Positions 35,506 to 45,258 of a DNA stretch of 64,000 bases are shown piece after piece (the stretch's first letter is position 1; each line of letters begins with the position of its first letter). A program made the position numbers and the translations under genes. The stretch is taken from NCBI GenBank assembly GCA_035193785.1, contig CP136572.1, positions 544,001-608,000 of the forward strand, read 5' to 3'. The DNA comes from Planktothrix sp. GU0601_MAG3 (GTDB taxonomy: Bacteria; Cyanobacteriota; Cyanobacteriia; Cyanobacteriales; Microcoleaceae). The notes under the pieces were generated by a model. That model saw only the letters and a list, made by a program, of their open reading frames with translations. It was not told where the DNA came from and did no database searches.

Positions 35506-36043
35506 TCATTCTATCATTTTTACTGGTAATTCTGTATTCAACAAAAACAGGGTTTTTGCTATTAAATAAGCTGCATAACTCTGAAAAACCTAATTTCTCC
35601 TGTGGGAAAATTAAAGAGATAAAAATTGAGGTTTCTAAGATTTGTTCTAAGGTATAGGGACAAACTTCAGGAAAGATTTGTTCACCGAGTTTTGTTTCTC
35701 GAATAGCTAAGGCTAATCCTAATTCATAGGCATCGGGTAAAACTTGATTTGAATAGGACTTTAAACTGGGACTATCTTGTAATAAAAACTTAATTTGTAC
35801 CCGTTGTTCTCGAATTTTTCCTAACCAGATATTGGTTCGTTTATTAGGTTGAAATTGCCATTTTAATAAATGCTCTAAGAGAATCCCTAATCTGTTTCTA
35901 AGTTCTTGCCGTTCTTTCCTGCCCAAAGCTTCTATTTCCTCAATTAAATTTAGATTATCTAACTGTTGCCATTGTTTGGTTTTCAACAAATTAACTTGAT
36001 TTTGAATCCAACTATAAAAATCTGTTTCATATAAATCCGTCAT
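35486..36043 (-). CDS. DUF29-family protein
   Basis: LYETDFYSW, NLIEEIEALGR, LLEHLLKWQFQP, SPSLK, FPEVCPYTLEQIL. Confidence 0.9.
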   Translation of the reverse strand: MTDLYETDFYSWIQNQVNLLKTKQWQQLDNLNLIEEIEALGRKERQELRNRLGILLEHLLKWQFQPNKRTNIWLGKIREQRVQIKFLLQDSPSLKSYSNQVLPDAYELGLALAIRETKLGEQIFPEVCPYTLEQILETSIFISLIFPQEKLGFSELCSLFNSKNPVFVEYRITSKNDRMIRENLA

Positions 36044-36053
36044 ATTTCCTCTT

Positions 36054-37344
36054 TTATTTTGATGAATTAATCCCTTTAAATCTTTCTTTTGCCGTGGTAA
36101 AAGCCTCTTTCATCACCGCTTGAATTTTTTGCGGATCGGGCTTTTTGCCTCCCATTAAATCCCCGAAATAAACACAAGCTCCTTCCCCTAATGCCCAGGT
36201 ATAAGCGGCGGCCCAAGAAGCGGCAATTACACTGCCAAAACCGGGGATAAATTTAATTAATTCTCGACCGATCATTTGGGCGAAAAACCCTCCAGCGATC
36301 GCACTAACTAAACCTCCAGCTTGAGATGGGTTTAAGGTTTTTCCATAGAGATTTCCTAATAACCCAACTAAGGAAACTTGTAACACCGTTAAGACGGGCA
36401 TGGTGGCAAAGGGAAGGGGAACCGCGGCAACGGTTGCTGCCATAATACTAAAGGCTAAAATATAGCGTCTTCCCACATCCCGATAGATATTTCCTAGTTG
36501 TTGATTCACCTCTCCACTTAATAATTCATGAATAGTTCTAGCTTCAGCTTCAGGAAGCAAATCAGCTAGGGTATCCCGTAGAGATTCCAGGCCATAAAAT
36601 ACGGGATTATAACCATCTTCTTCTAGGGTGAAATCAATTAAAACTGCTTGATCATATAACCCTTTAAAAGCTATTTTTAAAGCTGCAAAAGCCCGGTTAA
36701 TATCCTCGAAATCCGGGGGATAAATGGGATGATTTTCAGTTTGGGGCGGATAAATTTCATGGAGGCAAGTCACTGCTAATAGACAGGGAATATGGGGATA
36801 TTGTTGTCGTAAACTTTCGGCAATTGTTCGCAGGGTATCGGTGGCAAAATCATTGATTTTAACGGTTAAAATTAAAACCCTAGCTCCTTGACTTTCTTTC
36901 TGCAAATCGCCGATTAATTCTTCAATTATGATAGAAGTATCTTGGTTGATATCTCCTAAACCAACGGTATCTTTAAAAATGAGCAAAGGTAAATCATTAG
37001 ACGGATAAGCATAACGTTCTGTATTCTGGGTATGGGGACGAAATCCTTGACCAATAATTTCGGCGGAAACTCCCGCTAATCCCCGAACAATTGAACTTTT
37101 TCCCGCTTGGGGTTTGCCAATTAATAGGGCCTCCGTCGTGGGAAGTTTCTGCCCGAATTGTTTCCAAAATCTCAGCAATTTGTGTTTCACTGACATTAAA
37201 CCATTGGACAAAGGTTTGAGTGATTCGGTCAGTGGGGAATAGTCTTTTGAATTGTTGGGTTGTCCGACGCCAAACCCCTTTTATCCTGGGGAGATTAGCC
37301 GATGTCGGTTGGTTGGTTGGTGGGGTCTCCGGGGTTTCAGTCAT
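36054..37344 (-). CDS. GTPase with C-terminal DUF697/YcjF-like membrane region; frameshift near 37145
   Basis: G1 GKPQAGKSS, G3 DTVG, then AAVPLPFATMPVL...KFIPGFGSVIAA. Confidence 0.8.
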
Positions 37345-37463
37345 AGGTCGGATCTGATATTTTCCAAATAGAGCTAATCGGTTTAATATGAATAGTATGC
37401 TAATAGTAGCGTACTTGTTTGCAAGTAGTGTTAATGTTGAGGTAGCATAATTTAATTATACTC

Positions 37464-37982
37464 ATGGTAACAAAGAATATCAGAGCCGTTACTTACGTTC
37501 CACCGGACTATCACAAAAAGCTGCGTCAGTACATGAAACGGCACAACTTAACGGAAAGTGCTGCTTTAGTCCAGATGATTAAACAGTTCTTTGATGGGGA
37601 ACAACCTCCATTCAATCCTGAATTGAAAATTGAGGTCGAAGAAATTCTACAAGAGCAACTGAAACTGTTCAAAGAAGATATCGATCTTTTAAAAGATCAA
37701 ATGTCTTTAATGCAGCAGTTATTAGACAAAAAAACTTCGGTTGAAACCACCCGTAGATCCTCAAGTTCTGTTAATAATGTTAATAATAATCATCCCAGAA
37801 GTTTATTGAGGTTAACACCTAAAACAGAGGAAGAACTGACTCGCCGTTTAGGGGTAAATACGGGAAATGTAGCCAAAGAATTCTCTAAAGGTGCAGAACA
37901 TTTTAGCCATTGGAGTCAACAAAAAGATCCCAGTGGTATTGGTTGGCACAGGCGGGGCGATGGTTTGTACTATCCTGTCTAA
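37464..37982 (+). CDS. Hypothetical protein, possibly DNA-binding
   Basis: RHH-like N-terminus, coiled coil and C-terminal LTRRLGV...WSQQKDPSGIGW motif. Confidence 0.6.
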   Translation: MVTKNIRAVTYVPPDYHKKLRQYMKRHNLTESAALVQMIKQFFDGEQPPFNPELKIEVEEILQEQLKLFKEDIDLLKDQMSLMQQLLDKKTSVETTRRSSSSVNNVNNNHPRSLLRLTPKTEEELTRRLGVNTGNVAKEFSKGAEHFSHWSQQKDPSGIGWHRRGDGLYYPV

Positions 37983-38176
37983 ATGATTGACACCATAGTC
38001 GCATTTTTTTCTGATAACCCGCTACCACTAGAAATACTAAATTATGAGTTGTTTGAATGATTAGGGTGTAGCCAAAATTTTGGTTTTGCACCCTGATCAA
38101 CTAACCCTCGTAATTACCTTAAAAGATTGGTTTATGGTCAAAATCTTTTGCTTTTAAGTAACAACATAAGTGATGA

Positions 38177-38545
38177 TTAATCCTCTATTTCTACCCAAAC
38201 CGTAACCGCAGCGACAGCAATTAACATCTCATCATTTTTGTCTTTAAATTCTTCAATTGCCCTTCCCTGTACTACCATTCCCCCATTTTCAACGGTAAGA
38301 GTTTTCTGTCCAAACGGTAAAACTGCTAACACTTCTTCGGTTCTAACTTGTTCGGGATAGGGAACGGCCACTTGTACTTCTACAATCATTTGATTGGGAT
38401 GATTTAACCCGGCAACTTCCCAAATTCCGGGTAAAGCATTATGGGCGATCGCATTTCTAACCGCCCTAGCTGCGGCAATTGTGGGTTCCTGTCCATGTTG
38501 ATCAATACCCATCCCCATTTCAATCACAAATCGTTTTTTAGCCAT
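38177..38545 (-). CDS. Lin0512-family protein
   Basis: RFVIEMGMGIDQHGQEPTIAAARAVRNAI. Confidence 0.85.
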   Translation of the reverse strand: MAKKRFVIEMGMGIDQHGQEPTIAAARAVRNAIAHNALPGIWEVAGLNHPNQMIVEVQVAVPYPEQVRTEEVLAVLPFGQKTLTVENGGMVVQGRAIEEFKDKNDEMLIAVAAVTVWVEIED

Positions 38546-38611
38546 GATTTTAACCTATGATTTTTGACTTTATTTGATTTTAGTTTAGTTGATGATCAAT
38601 TATTAAGATAG

Positions 38612-39449
38612 TTAGTGACTAATGGCTTGATTTGTATATTCAGAATCATCTCCCCCAGAGATGGTTTCTAAAGACTCAACCTCCACCTTCATTTGAGTCA
38701 TTTCTACATCTCCAAAAATCGTAGCAAAGGCAGTATCCGCCGCATCTCGTCCGGTTTCCAATTTTAATTAATCCATTGCGGGGAGCTAGACGAGTGGCAT
38801 CAAATAAATACCAGCGATCGCTTAAATATGCCTCAAAATAAGCATGAAAATCAGGCGGTTGCAGTTTATAAGCATAACCCGATGCAAACCTAGCCGGAAT
38901 ATTTAAAGCTCGACAAAAGGCAATTCCTAAATGGGCAAAATCTCGACAAACTCCGGCTCTTTCTGTCACCGTATCAAAGGCAGAAGTATGTTGATCGCTA
39001 CTTCCAGATAAATAGATGACGTTATCATAAATCCAATTACAAATCGCCGTAATTCGAGAATAATCTGGCAGTAAATAACCAAATTCCGATTGGGCTAATC
39101 GCATTAATCTATCCGATTGACAATAGCGACTTGGATAAATATATTGTAACATTTCTAAGGGAATTTGAGCAATAGGAACTTCATTAATTGTTGTGGGATT
39201 TGTTTCTTCATAAATCACATCAACAATAGCTTGATAAGATAGGCGGAATTTTCCCGAAGGTACATTAATCCTCAGATAACGATTACCTAAAACCGGATTA
39301 ACATATTCCTCAAAATAGAGATTTGGTTCTAATTGTAGATGTTCTTTTAATATCCTTTGATTGCGAGTTTTCGCCACATTGATATTAAAAATAAATGTAC
39401 TATAATCCCTGACTTCATAATCCAATTCACAACCTACTTTGAGTTTCAT
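38612..39449 (-). CDS. Transglutaminase-like protein; frameshift near 38755
   Basis: PSRYCQSD, GVCRDFAHLGI, DFHAYFE, FDAT. The corrected tail IGTGRDAAD... ends at 38612. Confidence 0.9.
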
Positions 39450-39470
39450 ATTTCCCTCTATAATGGCGAT

Positions 39471-40319
39471 TTACCCCAGATTTTTAACTAACTTTAATTT
39501 ATATCTATATAATGCCACTGGATGACCACTGGCAGTAAAGAAATTTGGATCTCTAGGAGATAAATAAACCGCCGTAACTTGATCCGCAACAATTGCTTTA
39601 ACTTCAGATTTTGATCCTATATTCTCAAATTCTTCTTTGTAAGCTGTGGTTGTTTCTACTTCATTCAAATAGATTTGAGATGAACTTTCAAACAATTGTT
39701 GACTGATTTCTGTCGCAATAAATTGATCATCACTGGGAATTTCACTACTTCGACCCGTCACCGTTGAAGTTAATTCTACATTTCCAGGTAAAACCGTAAG
39801 TTGACGATTGGGATTAGTCGGATCAATCTTAACCGATAAAATCCCATTTTCTCCCAAAGCAGCCCTACCAATATTAAAGCTATTAAAAGCGCGATCGCCC
39901 ACTATCTTAAGGTAGATTTTACCATCTTTTTCTGACTCTAAACCCAGTTGAGGAAAAAACAAAGTTAGGGGAAAAATCTGTAACTTTGGTAAAGATTCAA
40001 CCATTTTAAATCTCACCTTAAACTTAATCGGTTGATTCAGAGGTTGAGAACTATTTTTAAACCCAGGAGTGGTAATTTGAGGAGCAAGAGGAGCGATTCT
40101 ATCAACTAATGTACTCGTAACATTCCATTCTCCCTCCATCCATTCGGGATAATATAAATCTCCCTTCACCGCCTGCACCATCGGTTTATGATTCCAGTTA
40201 GGAAAAGCTGATAAACGGTCTGCTAACTGTCCCGCTTGAGCTTCAGTTTCCCCCATCATTAAACCCACAATTAAACCAACAATCAAAATCAATCTTTTCA
40301 TTCTTTTTATTCTTTTCAT
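39471..40319 (-). CDS. Conserved cyanobacterial exported hypothetical protein
   Basis: Signal peptide; GDLYYPEWMEGEWNVTS, DRAFN, YLNEVETTTAY, ADQVTAVYLSP. Confidence 0.7.
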   Translation of the reverse strand: MKRIKRMKRLILIVGLIVGLMMGETEAQAGQLADRLSAFPNWNHKPMVQAVKGDLYYPEWMEGEWNVTSTLVDRIAPLAPQITTPGFKNSSQPLNQPIKFKVRFKMVESLPKLQIFPLTLFFPQLGLESEKDGKIYLKIVGDRAFNSFNIGRAALGENGILSVKIDPTNPNRQLTVLPGNVELTSTVTGRSSEIPSDDQFIATEISQQLFESSSQIYLNEVETTTAYKEEFENIGSKSEVKAIVADQVTAVYLSPRDPNFFTASGHPVALYRYKLKLVKNLG

Positions 40320-40340
40320 TTTTTTTTAATAGGTAATGGA

Positions 40341-40412
40341 GATCACTTATTTAAGAGGATTTCATGGATTTTAATCTGTGTTAATCTGCGTCATCCTCTT
40401 AAATCCGTGATC
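40341..40412. repeat. Inverted-repeat element of the CACGGAT/ATCCGTG family
   Basis: GATCACTTATTTAAGAGGAT ... ATCCTCTTAAATCCGTGATC; related to 50803-50930. Confidence 0.65.
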
Positions 40413-40498
40413 AGGAATAGGGAAATATAATTTGCAGGGGCGAGAAAACCTCGCCCAAAACTATAGCAGTTTTCAAACATCCAAAATGATGCTCAATC

Positions 40499-40903
40499 CT
40501 ATAAACTTTCCAGAGGAATTGGTTGCCAAACTTCCCCATATTGTTCTTTTAAACCTTGCCAATTTTCCACCTGTCCAGGCTCATATTCTCCGGGTTTTCC
40601 CCATTGTAAAAAGGCACTTAACGCCACTTCATTTTGTTCATTGAGGAAGCGAATGGCGTAGGTAGTAAAATTGCCCCTTTTGGCTTCTCCGGTTTCAAAT
40701 TTCACCTGTTTAATATGATCCATATTCAGATGAAATTCAAAGCCCTCGGTGTGCATATTCGCATATTTTCCCTTGGGTAATTCCGCATAAAATAGCTTTT
40801 CAATCTTTCCCCGAGCTTCTAATACAGCCGAACTACTGGTTACAATTAACCGTAACGTTCCCAAACTTTCACAATCTTCTAAAAATGCCTTGAGATTACT
40901 CAT
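40499..40903 (-). CDS. HutX/ChuX-like heme-utilisation carrier protein
   Basis: LGTLRLIVTSSSAVLE, GKYANMH..FEFHL, YAIRF. Confidence 0.7.
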   Translation of the reverse strand: MSNLKAFLEDCESLGTLRLIVTSSSAVLEARGKIEKLFYAELPKGKYANMHTEGFEFHLNMDHIKQVKFETGEAKRGNFTTYAIRFLNEQNEVALSAFLQWGKPGEYEPGQVENWQGLKEQYGEVWQPIPLESL

Positions 40904-40991
40904 AATTCAAGTTCCCAATTTAATTGGTTTTTAAGACTTAATTTTACTAGATTTTTGGGAACTTCCACCTAAATCTTTCTAAGATATATTT

Positions 40992-41952
40992 TTACTTAGG
41001 CTTTTCATGCTTTTCATAAGCCGCCACAATCCGTTGGACTAATGAATGGCGCACCACATCCGCTTGGGAAAATTCACAAAACGCAATTCCCTCAACATTT
41101 TTTAATATTTTTAACGCCATTGTTAACCCCGATGTTTGATTGGGTAATAAATCCGTTTGGGTAATATCTCCGGTGACTACCATCCGAGAACCAAACCCTA
41201 AGCGAGTTAATACCATTTTCATCTGACCTGGAGTAGTATTTTGGGCTTCATCTAAAATAACAAAGGAATTATTTAACGTCCGACCCCGCATATAAGCTAT
41301 AGGAGCGACTTCAATTACCCCGCGCTCCATTAAATTTGCCGTTTTTTCCGGGTCAATTAACTCATACAGGGCGTCATATAATGGCCGTAAATAGGGATTA
41401 ACTTTTTGTTGTAAATCCCCGGGTAAAAATCCTAATCTTTCCCCAGCTTCCACCGCCGGGCGAGTTAAAATTAACCGTTCATATTGATCAGATAATAGGG
41501 CTTGTAACGCTAAAATTGCGGCTAAATAGGTCTTTCCTGTTCCCGCCGGGCCAATACAAAATACTAAATCATTATTACGCATCGCCTGGATATATTGACG
41601 TTGACGAAAGGTTTTTGCCCGAATTTCTACCCCTCGCCGGGTTTTCGCTAAAACATCACGCTGAATATCTTTAAAAACATCCTCTTGATGAGTATTAATT
41701 GCATGACGCGCCGTCAGAATATCCACGGAACTAATCGGTTTTCCATCTTTCCATAACTCGTTCAAAGATGCAACTAATTTTTGACACAATTGAAACCTGA
41801 CTAGCGGTGCCACTGATTAGCAATTCCTGTCCTCGCATAACCAGTTCCGCGCCAGTTTGTTGAGATAGAACTTTAAGATTATCTTCTTGATAGCCAGAAA
41901 GCGCCATGGCACTTTCCATACTGGGTAACTGAAGGTTGAATCGCTCAGTCAT
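40992..41952 (-). CDS. phoH: PhoH-family ATPase; frameshift near 41795
   Basis: [51 protein letters not shown]. Confidence 0.93.
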
Positions 41953-42067
41953 TTGATATTACAAAATTGGTTTTTTTGGTACTGATTTTCAAGACTTAAA
42001 AGTTGGGTAAAAAGGTATAAATACAGCTAAAATATGATGACTTTTATTATAAAAACTGAAAACTAAA

Positions 42068-42146
42068 TTACCACTCCCCATTACCCATTACCCATTACCC
42101 ATTACCCATTACCCATTACCCATTACCCATTCCCCATTACCCATTC
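42068..42146. repeat. Solo (TTACCCA)n heptamer array
   Basis: Same heptamer and orientation as in the composite cassettes, but without the G-rich block or the linker. Confidence 0.9.
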
Positions 42147-42283
42147 CTAACAGAAGTGGTTGGGCAAAATTGTTAGGGTTGGTTAAACCCAATTCTGCCC
42201 AACAGGAAAAAACCACTCCAACGACTTAACCCGCCTTTAGCAATGGTTAGGGCTCCACTGCTAAGGACAAAATTAAGATCACT

Positions 42284-42734
42284 TCATTCTTCATATCTTC
42301 GGTTTAAACGAGGCTTAGAAGGGGCTGAACGGACTGGACGAGCCTGCTCCGAATATTGACCAGGGGGGCGCTGATTAAAGCTCTCCCTCGGTTCCCTTGG
42401 ACTAGAGGGCTCATCGGACTCACCATTGTTGTAGATATCCAAATAGACCGTTTCACCAGAGGATGTAGCCAAGGCCGTTAAAACCATCCGAATCGCTTGA
42501 ATATTGCGCCCTCCGCGGCCATAAACCCGTCCCTTATCTTCGGCTTCTAAAGCTAACCGAATCCAAGTTCTGCGCAGGCTAGGAAAACGTTCACAATCGA
42601 CCTTCAGGGATTCTGGAAATTCCAAAAACGGCTTGACTAGAAACCGCACCAGTTCGTCATAACTGGGACTAGACTGCGGGTTTCTGCGACGGTTGTTTCG
42701 GGTTGGACTCCAGACTTGAGTAGTTCAAAAACAT
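42284..42734 (-). CDS. khpA: KH-domain RNA-binding protein KhpA; apparent extra base near 42680
   Basis: [28 protein letters not shown]. Removing one C joins ATG 42734 (MFLNYSS...) in frame. Confidence 0.85.
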
Positions 42735-42957
42735 TTTCTTTTCTCAGGATGTCACGCACAGTATCAGTCGGTTGTGCCCCTTGCTGTAGGCGACGGATAA
42801 TGCCAGCCTTATCCAATCGAACTTCGTCGGTTCTGGGATTGTAGAAGCCCAGTTCTTCTAGGGGACGACCATCTCGGCGAGACAAACTATTCATCGCCAC
42901 AATGCGGTAACTAGCTTCCCGCTTTTTTCCGAATCTCTTTAAACGCAGTTTGATCAT
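42669..42957 (-). CDS. rpsP: 30S ribosomal protein S16
   Basis: [45 protein letters not shown]. The corrected stop is at 42669. Confidence 0.97.
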
Positions 42958-43087
42958 TAATTGATGCAAAACACTTCTCTATGGATTGTAAGCTATTTTT
43001 CAACAACCGAGCCATTTCTTTGGGATAAACTTTAGCCAACACTTGCTGTATGGGCGATTGACCCCTGAAAACGACTCAAACCATTAT

Positions 43088-43503
43088 CGGAAAAATGGGT
43101 TTAAAACCCCGTCCTAGAAGGACGGCTTTATATTGGGTTGTTAGTTCAAATCTAATTGTGCTACCATTTCTGGTAACACCGAAAGGTAAACAACCTGTCT
43201 AAAAACCTAGTATGCCTAACGGCAAAACACTGAACCTTGACAACTGAATCTATAGGGTTCTGCTGCACAGTTCTAGTTTCCCCCAGCAGTGGGTAAAAGA
43301 TTCTTGGGAGCTAGGCAACCAGTTTTTTGAAGCAAATTTGTTTCAAGCTAAAAAAGAACTCGCAGTCATGCGAATAGGGTAGGGCATACCCGAATTTACG
43401 CTTGGGGAGAATCCCACCTCTGGTTAAAGCACTGCAAGGTACTTTGATTAAGTGGTTTCGTTGAACCAAGAATCCGCACGCCAGAAGGCACCGGGAGTGT
43501 CAA
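43088..43503 (+). mobile_element. Non-autonomous IS200/IS605-family mini-element (no tnpA or tnpB)
   Basis: Preceded by TTAT; left-end hairpin CCGTCCT-AGA-AGGACGG (43109-43125); right end GAATCCGCACGCCAGAAGGCACCGGGAGTGTCAA ending in TCAA. No TIR, TSD or ORF. Confidence 0.85.
43158..43243 (+). promoter_or_regulatory. Putative internal extended -10 promoter and boxA-like antitermination site
   Basis: TG-C-TACCAT at 43159-43167; GAACCTTGACAA at 43232-43243 resembles the cyanobacterial rrn boxA GAACCTTGAAAA. Confidence 0.45.
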
Positions 43504-43523
43504 GCCATCACCTATTCTATCCC
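43375..43523 (+). ncRNA. Putative TnpB omegaRNA/reRNA scaffold plus flank-derived guide
   Basis: GGGTAGGGCATACCCGAATTTACGCTTGGGGAGA...GTTTCGTTGAACCAAGAATCC...GTGTCAA resembles tnpB 3' ends. The guide would be GCCATCACCTATTCTATCCC. Confidence 0.6.
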
Positions 43524-44578
43524 ACTGGATTGACCTAAAAAAAAATAGTCGTAAATTCCTGTTCCCCGCTTTGGGTATTATTGCCCTGATCTTGATTTTA
43601 CAGCTAGGGAAATATTTTCGTACCCCGACCCCGCCCCAAAATTCCTCAATTTATCAACCCCTAACCGAAATTCCCGCCACCGCCCAAAAAGTCACCGTTG
43701 GGGTTTATGCTCAAAATATTTATGAACTGAATGCTTCGAGTAATACCTATTATCTGGATTTCTATTTATGGTTACGTTGGAAAGGCAAAATTGACCCCAT
43801 TGCTAACTTAGAATTTATGAACGGTGTTGAAGACTGGGGAAGAATCATCGAACCCGCTTATACTGAACCCAAAAAGCTCAAAGATGGCAGTTTATATCAA
43901 ATTATGCGGGTAGAAAGTCGATTTCGAGAACCCTTTGAATTTTCCCGTTATCCCCTACATGAACAACGGTTAGGGGTAACAATTGAAAATGCCGTTTATC
44001 CATTAAATCAGTTAGTCTATATCGCAGATACAAAAGAATCCGGTTATGCCGCCGATTTAACCGTTCCCGGATGGAAAATTAGAAATTCTCAAATTCTGAG
44101 TTTATCCCATCCCTATCCTTCTAATTTTGGCGATTTAGACGAAGGAAAAAATAACTCGATTTATTCTACCCTACGGTTTGAAATGCACATTTCCCGTCCT
44201 CTGAGTTTCTTTACCTGGAAATTATTACTCCCCTTATTTGTCGTCTTGTTTTCTAGTTGGGGTTCCTTATTACTTTATCCCATTTATATTGACTCTCGAA
44301 TTATTCTTCCCGTCACCGCTTTATTAACGATTGTATTTCTGCAACAATCCTATTCCGATGCTTTACCCGATGTGGGCTATTTGGTTTTATTAGATAAAAT
44401 CTATGCCCTAGTCTATGTTTTAATTATTGCCGGAATTTTAGAAACTATTATTACCGCAGATTGGATCAAAAGTGAACATCCCGAATCCATTGTCCGAGTC
44501 AAAAAAATTGACCGATGGTTTTTAATCGCAAATATCGTGATTTTATCGGGGGGAATGATCCTGTTTTTACTATTCTAA
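43504..44578 (+). CDS. Prokaryotic pentameric ligand-gated ion channel (GLIC/ELIC-like); original start apparently split by the IS element
   Basis: Extracellular-domain motifs VTVGVY, DFYLWLRW, Pro-loop FSRYPLHEQRL and GWKI; RP..FTWKLLLP before M1; TALLT in M2; LPDVGYL..LDK; four TM helices. The frame is open from 43505. Confidence 0.85.
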
Positions 44579-44659
44579 AATCAAGGATTCTGTTGGTTGG
44601 GTTTCTCGAAGTTTAACCCAACCATTTTTTTCTGTGGGTTTAATTTTGTTACAGATTAG

Positions 44660-44780
44660 TTACAAATTCAATCATTTGATTGAAATTAAAAACATTAAAA
44701 AACTTCAATTCGATGGCAAATATTATCGAATTAGAGTAGGTGACTACAGAATTGGTATGGCTTTAGAACAAGATTCTATT
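44660..44780 (+). pseudogene. RelE/ParE toxin fragment
   Basis: IKNIKKLQFDGKYYRIRVGDYRIG; both termini are missing. Confidence 0.7.
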
Positions 44781-45058
44781 TATTCAATTAGATCAAGTAA
44801 ATCCTTATATCCATGACGTTTTTTGATTTCAGAGCGAACTTCTTGGAGCTTTTCAAAAGCAAGTTTTTTAGCGGCTTCTAGCAAGGCAATAATTTGTTCT
44901 CTACTAACAGTGGGAAATCCATCTAAAAAATCATTAATAGACTCTCCCGCCTCTAAATAGTCAAATAGCGTTTGTATGGGAACTCTCGTCCCGACAAAGA
45001 CTGGAGTTCCTCCCATGATTTCCGTGGATATACTAATCACCGAGAAATTCTTAGACAT
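44780..45058 (-). CDS. DUF433-family antitoxin-like protein
   Basis: EIMGGTPVFVGTRVPIQTLFDYLEAGESINDFLDGFPTVSREQI. Confidence 0.9.
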   Translation of the reverse strand: MSKNFSVISISTEIMGGTPVFVGTRVPIQTLFDYLEAGESINDFLDGFPTVSREQIIALLEAAKKLAFEKLQEVRSEIKKRHGYKDLLDLIE

Positions 45059-45258
45059 AGGGGTTGTGAATTAGTTAATATTAATCGTTTAGATAGAGAT
45101 TTATTTTCTAGTTTAACCATTTTTACCCGGATTGGGTGCGATCGCTTACAATTAAACTAACTCCATCATCTTTCACCCCTCTAAATAATAACCAATAAAA
45201 AAAAACCCAATTTCTTCAAGAAATCAGGTTGATGAAATCACTAATATTTGATGATTAA

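Noticed and set aside
35486..35640. C-terminal extension of the DUF29 protein as a novel domain
   Set aside because: It looks like read-through into degenerate intergenic repeat sequence after the normal DUF29 end.
43088..43503. Group I intron/IStron interpretation of the mini-element
   Set aside because: I could not identify P/Q/R/S core motifs, and the boundary that fits IS605 ends is TCAA rather than a terminal G. A covariance-model search would be needed to exclude it fully.
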